Source: Catajapyx aquilonaris (Eukaryota). From it: a DNA stretch of 58,289 bases. The notes under the pieces are model-generated. The model saw only the letters and a list, made by a program, of their open reading frames with translations, searched no databases and was not told the origin of the DNA. Position 1 is the first letter of the stretch, and the number at the start of each line of letters is the position of its first letter. The stretch lies in the NCBI GenBank assembly GCA_000934665.2, contig JYFJ02002368.1, positions 1 through 58,289 of the forward strand, written 5' to 3'. Shown here one piece after another: positions 50,693-58,289 of the stretch. Position numbers and translations under genes: made by a program.

Positions 50693-53600
50693 TTTCAATG
50701 AAAACCTCCCGGCCGGACGATTCGCGACCTAAAGAAGTGTCCGATGTGTGAACTCACACTATCACTTCGCACTTGAAGCGCACTTTTTTTTTTTGCAGGT
50801 GTCACTGAATGACTACACTCACTTGGATTGTGCCGGATGAACCGATGATTCAACCCGACTAAAAGAGGAGTTTCTACCACATATTTTGATGTGTGGACTC
50901 CGATTCCAAGTGGTGTAGGGACTTTTGAAAGGGAACACTTTTTGCGGGGTGAACGTTTTCCAAGCAGCAGAATGGCGCAATAGGACTTTCTCAGTAGGAG
51001 TTTGGTGGGGCGGGTTGGGTGGGTGGAGAAGGAGGAGGGGAGTCAAAAGTTGGCTCAGGAGAGTGCTTTTTACCAGTTGCTGATTGCTAATTTTAGAATT
51101 TGGCAGAAGTTTGGTCCTCTGGTGTGTTTCCCACTGAACCCCCACTCCCTCCACATGCATGCATCCCATACATAAGGGCTGCGTCCCACTTTATTATAGA
51201 CACCAAGAAATGTTATTGCTGGCAATTAAACCTTCGCATGAAGTGCAGCGAATGCTTTGTTTGCACATTTCGTACACATCAACACCTGACACGGATTGCA
51301 TCATGAAATTAAAACGGCAACGGTATGCAGCTCAATCTCTCATTTTTTTATTTGTCGAGATCAATGCAATTGATGCAATACAAAGGCATCTCGAAATGTA
51401 TTATAACATCATATATGTAAATTAAAATGTCCAAAAATATCTCATGGCTGTCGCATGGATATGGTTAGGATAGGCGGATAAAACCGTTAAAAGATTCGAG
51501 TCCAGTGGAAATTTGTCACAACGATTTGACAGTAAGGCAAGTAATGATTGTTAGCAAGTAGAATATTACATGTTCCTTGCATCATGCTGTTCCCCCCCAC
51601 CATCTTCAACAGTTACTATAAATCTCTCTTCCACTCCCCCCTAAAACTGTTGCCACTCCTTAAATTGGAACAGCGACCTAGAGAAGACGCACAATCCGAG
51701 TTCATTCCTTTTACACATGAACAAGTAGTTAACTGAAATTCATATCCACAATGTTTGCACCTGTCAAGTCTTTTTAAAAGTGTCAATTGTTTAAAAACCT
51801 ACAGATACAGTTATCAGACGAAACTTTTCGCCGTACCAAACGAAACAACTCCTTAACCCTTAGTAACGGCCAATTTTAATTGCAGTTATGCAACCCAGAC
51901 CTTGCCTGCTTCAAATGCTAGTGCCAGAACAATGTGGACATGAACCTCATTAGCTTAAGGACATTCAGTACATAATGGACAACGTCAGAACAGATTCAGG
52001 TCCAGATATGAGATTCCAAGAAGGAAAGTAAGAGCAGTACCAAAGCTAAAGGTGTGCAAGAAACGGCAAGAAACATATTTACATTTACGGAACAATTAGC
52101 TAATTCAAAACCGCAGTACAAAAAATCCTGACACAGGGCGACCAGCGAAGTGGATGATTACCAAAAATATAGCTATGAAACCAACACCAAGACACGAAAT
52201 CGCAAAATAAATAAATAAAAGGCATTATAATAATGTACCGGTCTGAAAATCCAAACAAGTTCACCCATCCCAAGAGTCGATTGGGCAAGGTGTTAAGAAT
52301 TTGCATGCCAAAGCCATGACGGCAGCATGCTTGTCATCGTGGAGATGAAAGTGGCACCCATTCATGTGCATAATTCATAAGTTAGGAGCATCCAGGAATG
52401 CGTGGCAGATGTCAGAGGCATTCACCCATCACGCACGAAGAGTCGAAAAGTGGGACGGGATCCTCTTTCCGCACCTCGCCCGGCGAGGTGGATGAAATCT
52501 TTGAGGTCAGGATTGGGTTCGCAGATATCTTTACACAGATCTATTTAGAAGTGTATGGGGCTTTGCATGCTATGAAAATAAAATCTTTCAGTAGTTTAAA
52601 AAAAATTATCAAACGATAAATTAAGCTGGAATGTAGCAGTAATCACATTTCACATAAGCAACACTTTTCATGGCTATTCAAAAAATGGCAAGCACGTTGC
52701 GAGTTTTCTTTTTGTCTTCCCACACACATTTTGATTTTAAACTGTGAAACAGCAGTTTAAAAATATGGCAATGTTCACAACACCAATTTTTTTCATGCCC
52801 TTTTTATCACAACCATTTAAACTACTCCCAGTTTCTCCATTAAAATCGTAGCTGTCAACCCTCCTAACCTGACTCGCATCAGATGCAAGGCAGCTAGCTG
52901 GCAGAAGTGACAAGCCAGACGTACAACTTGCTGTCACCACATTGCCAAGACAGGCTTTGACAGGGTACATTTTCCATTGAGTAACTGCACCTGTGAAGCA
53001 TCATGTTAAGGACCGCTTCCCTCGTCAAACCTAGATTCAACTAAAGTGGCAAGTGACTTGGGACATGTTCCTATAAATGTGATCTACATCTAGTATTACT
53101 GAACTTGACTATGGCCTGCGTGAAAAGGCTATACATGGGTACTCGATGATGCAATAGCAGCCAAGGTTGTTGTACACTCACGCACCAAGTGATTTATCTC
53201 TTGTGAAGCTGGGACAGCTTATAAAACTTGCACCATTGGATAGCCATATTTTTCTAGCGTTGAAGGAAAGTACCCTGCCAAAGCCAAAGAGGTCGTGGTA
53301 AGTTGCCTTCAAAAGATGCCTACCTCTGAAGCCTGAGGTCGATTGTTCTTTGGATGAGTTTCCACAGGTTTACACTGTGCATGAATCGAGGAAGAATTGA
53401 CAGCACCGATAATATTCACACAAAAATGCTGCAAAGGTCTTCAGTCCATCATTTTGAAAATGACGTTGCGTCTCATCCCTGCTTCTAAGTGTGAAAACGT
53501 AGCACATAAAATAAAAATAAGTGTAACAGTGCAATACTAGCGTGACTAGACCTAAAAAATGTTTCACTGGGTCCAATTTTCTTTCATTTGTACAATAAGT

Positions 53601-53818
53601 AGAATGGCCTTCTAGCAAAATAGATCTCATCTTCCCTTGGACTTATTTGGGGCAAATTCACCCCAACTCGCTCACTCTCATTCTTACAAGTCCCTTAAAA
53701 ACTAAACCACTGCACTCGAGATGCAAAGAGACAAATCCATGTCTCGTTAGTAACCTGCAGATCATTTGTTTTTTGTTTTTTCACATGGAACGTTTTAATG
53801 TTTTCTGGTAAACGCCGT

Positions 53819-56800
53819 TCACTCGCAGGCCAGTTTGCTGTCGAAGCTGCTGAGGGCTATTGCAAATGCCTGCAGTGCGCACATGGGGTAACGAAAGTCC
53901 ATTGTAAAGACGTCCTCCGCTACCCGGCCAAACTGCATCACTATGTAGTCCACTGTTGGGGAAAAAAAAGCATTCACATGCTGTACAAATTCAAGAAGAC
54001 AAATTGGATCAGCAAGAAAGACTCAGGTGGATATTTTAAACCCATGCCTCAAATGAAAATAATATTTACCAAAATTGAACATATAGCTGTGGTTGCACTG
54101 TTCCAAAAATTCTATAATGATTTCATTGTTTGACATAAATTTCAGATGATATTATTAACACTCATTGAATCAGTTTCACAGCATTTTTCCCTCACCTCTA
54201 TATAATAAACATCAACTTACCGTCACTGTCATGCACTATTTGGAAATTCTTGACAGACGCCTGGGTGACTCTCCCATGGAAATTGAGCACATAGGACTGC
54301 GTGTCCTCATTCCAAACAGGGGTCTTGTTGTGGAGTTCAATCACATTCTCCATCTTCTTGCTCTTCCACCGCTCTGCAAGCAATCACAATCAGTATGGAA
54401 CAGAACAAAGCAAGAGATGCACAACCGCACCTATGAGACCCTCGTGGTCCGACTGTGGTTTCACCTCTACCCTCTTGTGGTCAATGGTCATCCCTGGGAG
54501 AAGGATGGTCATCTTTCGAGGGCCCTTGAAGCCCAGGACATTTGTCTCCTGAAATGGTATTAACATACATTAAGATCGGTGAACAAATCCAGTCTTCAAG
54601 GCAGCTAATTCAATCGCCACCGAAATCCCCACTTGTCCACTCACGAGCTTTAAAAATTCGACTCACGTATGCAACAGCAGCCAACTCCTGCCTGGCGCCC
54701 CCGCCCCCACCTCCGCTCCTGTCTGATCCTCCAACTCCTCCACCAACTGACCCACCGGCCTTCCTCGGAGAGTCCCCATTGTCAAATATGACAAAGTGGG
54801 TTCCCAGGAGGTTGGACCTGAGCTTCCCTACGAACGACTCCCCACCACGGGACAGGTCAGTGGGGTCAACAGAAATCAGGTAGTTGGAGGTGGTGCTCTT
54901 CTTCCTCTTCCGTCCGGCAAGCAGGAAGACTTTCTTCCCATCATCACGTTCCATGTGCAAGAAATAGGTGGGGTAAAGCCCTCTGTCCATTCCTTTGCGA
55001 TCCCTGGTGATGCGGCATTTCACCAGGGAGCCCTGGGCAGCCGGCTCCAGCACAAACTGCTCCAGATTCTCCATTGCTTCAGAGGATGAGCCAGGTACCA
55101 GACCTTGGCTCTCCTTGGAACCAGTTGATTCCTACAATTAAAAAAACAAGCAGTGGTAAGGAATTTATCAAAGTGCAACTTTCGGCCTCATGATTGCTGG
55201 CACAAAAACAAAATGCTCCGCAGGCGGGGAGCGCTGAACTCAAAATTTAAAATATGTGGCCATGTTGCGCTTGTTATTGATTGCTGCTCAGTTTTTGTCA
55301 ACAATAAATAACAAGCGCAATCCTGCCAGATTTATTTTATTGCATTCGGTGCGCCATGCCCTAAACAATTGTGTTTGCCAGACAACCAAATAACCAATTA
55401 GGTGGTTATTAGGCAATACCAACTACATCCAATTCCATCATAGAGTAATCCAAATTTTTATCCCCTCCCCCTGCTTTACAAAGCAATATCTGCTCCCCAT
55501 GCGGTGCTCACAAAGTCAGCGGATTGTTGCCATGCTGTTCACAGAGCGTGATGTGGATTTTATTGCAAGCAGTCATGCATTCTATGGAGCAGGAACAGGA
55601 GGGAAGGGACGGAAAACTTTTGCTTCTTAGAATTTCCACTTCCATTCCCCCCTCCCAACTGTGCCCGTATAGGTAGGATATTTGGAGAGGAATGCAATGA
55701 TGACTAAAAATTATGCAGTAGGATTCTGACATATTTCCTTCAGGACAACACTGCATTTGAATAAATGCTCATGCAGTGTTTCCATGGGCATATCATATGC
55801 AGCAGAAAATAATCTCTTCAGTCACAGGCAGGTTATATAAGATTATCCAGGATGAGAGTTCCAAATGAGAGAGGAAGAAATCTACGTCAGGAAGCATCCC
55901 TAGGGGCATAATTACATCAGTCAAGGGAATCTTCTTTACGCAATTTCTGTAAAACATATTTTCTCTCAAGGAAGCTTGAAACAAATCTAGCCGATCTCTT
56001 TCTTCAATTAGCCTGATTCTCTGAAATATTCTGGAAGTGTAGCGACAAAAGAGGAACGATGTGGAAGGAGTAGGTGAAAGTGGCGGAATTCGATTCCTTC
56101 TTTTGAACCGAGAGTCTATCAAAACATAGCATGAGATATTAAATAAGTGACAGGGATTTATCATTAATGATTATTACACCTTTTTTAAAGAACAGCATCC
56201 ATTATTTTAGCAACAACGTATTGTTTACTATTACGTGCCAGGCCGTCAATTAGCACCCCAAATGAGTGTCCAATTAGGCACACCGGTCCTCGCTTATGCA
56301 TAAAAATGTCTCCGATGTCAGAACCAAACTGCAGCAATTAGTCCTTCCTCGCATTATGCTAATTACTTCCCCGATTACCCCAAAAATCAGCTTATATCTT
56401 CCAGGGTCCCCCAATTCCCACTTGTCCTCAAGATTTCAAGGTCATCCTGGCTTGCAGGCAACCGCACCCTTGTACAACCGGCAGCATAACCAGCAGGCGC
56501 AACCTACCCAGGGTGAGGCCATAGCTAAAATCAAAGGCTTTGGCCTCTCAGGCGGCCGATCCTCGGAGGTCACCCCGTGCATAGGGCACACCAGGACCTG
56601 GTCGCTTCTGGTGCACTGGGTCACGAAAGGGTCGCCTTTCCCTTTACTGGCCTGGGTCTCGGGCGAGTGTTCCGACCAGGCCTCCCTGACCCTGCCTCTC
56701 CTGGTCTGCGGCCTGCTCAGTGTCGGGTACTCATCGTCATCCTCCTCGTATGGGTGTATGGCAGGATAGGAAGGTCTGGGAGGTTGGGGATTGTCCTTCC

Positions 56801-57076
56801 TAGCTACCATCTACAGCCAAATTCATGCGGTCAGAATAGGACCAATGTGGGAAAGCATGTGCATAGTATATAAAAAAAAGTGCGATATGTGTACATAGTT
56901 TGGGGTGTGAGGCAGCATGGTTGGGGAGAAACTCACGGCGCTGTTGGGCCTCTTGTTGGAGTCGACTGCCAAGGGGTCTAAGGGCGAAGAGGGGCTGCGT
57001 ACGGGCTGGATAGGTGTCGACTCGTGGTCCTCACCATCCTCGCCCAGACGAAGGTGCTTCAGCTTCTTCTCCGCAT
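53819..57076 (-). CDS. TUB: Tubby-family protein, 5'-incomplete; exons 57076-56937, 56810-56508 (less certain), 55131-54667, 54548-54431, 54373-54221, 53952-53819
   Basis: Tubby domain: [141 protein letters not shown]. The most upstream exon found begins in phase 1, so the start lies further 5'. Confidence 0.95.
55190..55388. repeat. Degenerate fold-back (old MITE-like inverted repeat) in a Tubby intron
   Basis: Core arms TTGCGCTTGTTATTGATTGCTG (55265-55286) and CAACAATAAATAACAAGCGCAA (55299-55320) pair with 2 mismatches; weaker complementarity extends outward. Confidence 0.55.
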
Positions 57077-58289
57077 CTGCAGGAACGGAAAAATAATCGC
57101 CCAATAATTACATCGCCTGTGCCTGTTCCCAGGAACATTACCGATTGAACCTCCCCTGGCTCCGGAAAAAAATTCGTTTCACTGCACAATTTGGGACAAT
57201 TCCCATGCGGTTTTTACACCGGTGGAAAAGTTGAGGCTGTGGCTTAGTTACTACTACCCCAGTTTTTGGAACGGTACGAGAGCCGAGCGGTACAAAAAAA
57301 AAAGTAATCGATTTAAACAGGCATAACCTCTACATAAACTCCATGAACGTCCCTTTTTTTCCGCCAAATATTTTTTTAAACTTCCGGATGAAACTAGAGC
57401 CTTTTATTCCCCTGCGGTTTTCCCACAGGGAATTTACATTTTTAAATTCCCGCTTCATTCAAAGGGGAAAAATCGAGGGGGAAAATGGCGCCGTTTGTAA
57501 CTTGCTGTTCGAAGGAAGGAAAAAATTATATTAAAAGCGAAGTAATAGGGACGCAAAAATCTCCATAGAAATCGAGAGCAGGCTACAATGTGTTGCAGCC
57601 GGCCCGGAAAGTGCACGGTTGACATATTCGGCTAATGGAAAACTGGCTATATCTCCATCATCTACCAGGAACGCAATCAAAATTTCCAATCAGCCCTGTA
57701 AACAGGATGACTACATATTGATTGCCATTCAAACCATAGGGAGGCACAGATGCTGCTTGCATTTCGCTTGCAATAACGACACTGTGCCATTAAGGGAACC
57801 AAACGAGCGAAAGGCTTTTCGACTGATAAGAGATTAATATATATGGGAACAATAACTTAAAAACACCAAACATCTGACTGCTTCTAAGTTAACAAATTAA
57901 TTGTTTTCGTTCAATGTTGCAGGATCTCAACAACAGCTGCTTACATCAGCAACATTTTTTTTTTTTAGAATCAGCAATCATGTTGCTTCAGACTTATGGT
58001 GAACAATCCCAAGACTCTCATGCGTTACCGTACGTTTGGGCTCTCCTTTGGCTCGGGTACTCTCCGCGGCTGCCCCCTCCAGTTTTGCCCCCAAAAAATG
58101 GAGAGGTCAGCGACCCTCCTCAGCAGTCAAGACAGCGATCCAACACCAGAATATGGCGAAACCCAGTCGAACAAACAAGCCTCAGGGTCGGTCCAGATGC
58201 GTGAGGCCCCTTCGGAAGCCCCAACACGAGTGACCGACTATCCCGCGCATCTCTCTCGAATACCACCCCCCCCATCCTCTCTCCCCACC

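Noticed and set aside
52737..52970. 77-aa ORF downstream of Tubby
   Set aside because: No recognisable motif or splice partners; probably 3'UTR or intergenic.
55793..56164. 123-aa ORF in a Tubby intron
   Set aside because: No Tubby similarity, and the best acceptor gives an early stop in the required phase.

Overview
Eukaryotic animal DNA, most likely arthropod/panarthropod (inferred from the MVSY... N-terminus and YEWMKKPSY hexapeptide region of Caudal). Genes have GT-AG introns, so the ORF track shows only exon fragments; I spliced the genes by hand. The first ~37 kb is a gene-poor domain around one caudal/Cdx homeobox gene (+; 3 coding exons, 16.8-kb first intron, ~2.2-kb 3'UTR), rich in Cdx/posterior-Hox-type motifs. 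It is followed directly by URAD/PRHOXNB (OHCU decarboxylase, the chordate 'ParaHox neighbour' gene; +). A compact block follows: an unrecognised 5-exon gene (-) head-to-head with RBM28/Nop4 (+; internal duplication gives 5 RRMs instead of 4), a C11orf96/DUF4695-like gene (-) and the 3' part of a Tubby-family gene (-). Mobile DNA: a tRNA-derived SINE with TSD, a Harbinger/Tourist-type MITE, a Tc1 deletion derivative and a TA-flanked hairpin MITE family. Most interesting: the cad-URAD microsynteny without Xlox/Gsx, the orphan gene, the invertebrate C11orf96-like gene, the 5-RRM RBM28 and a long hairpin in the cad 3'UTR. All family assignments are from recall, not database searches.
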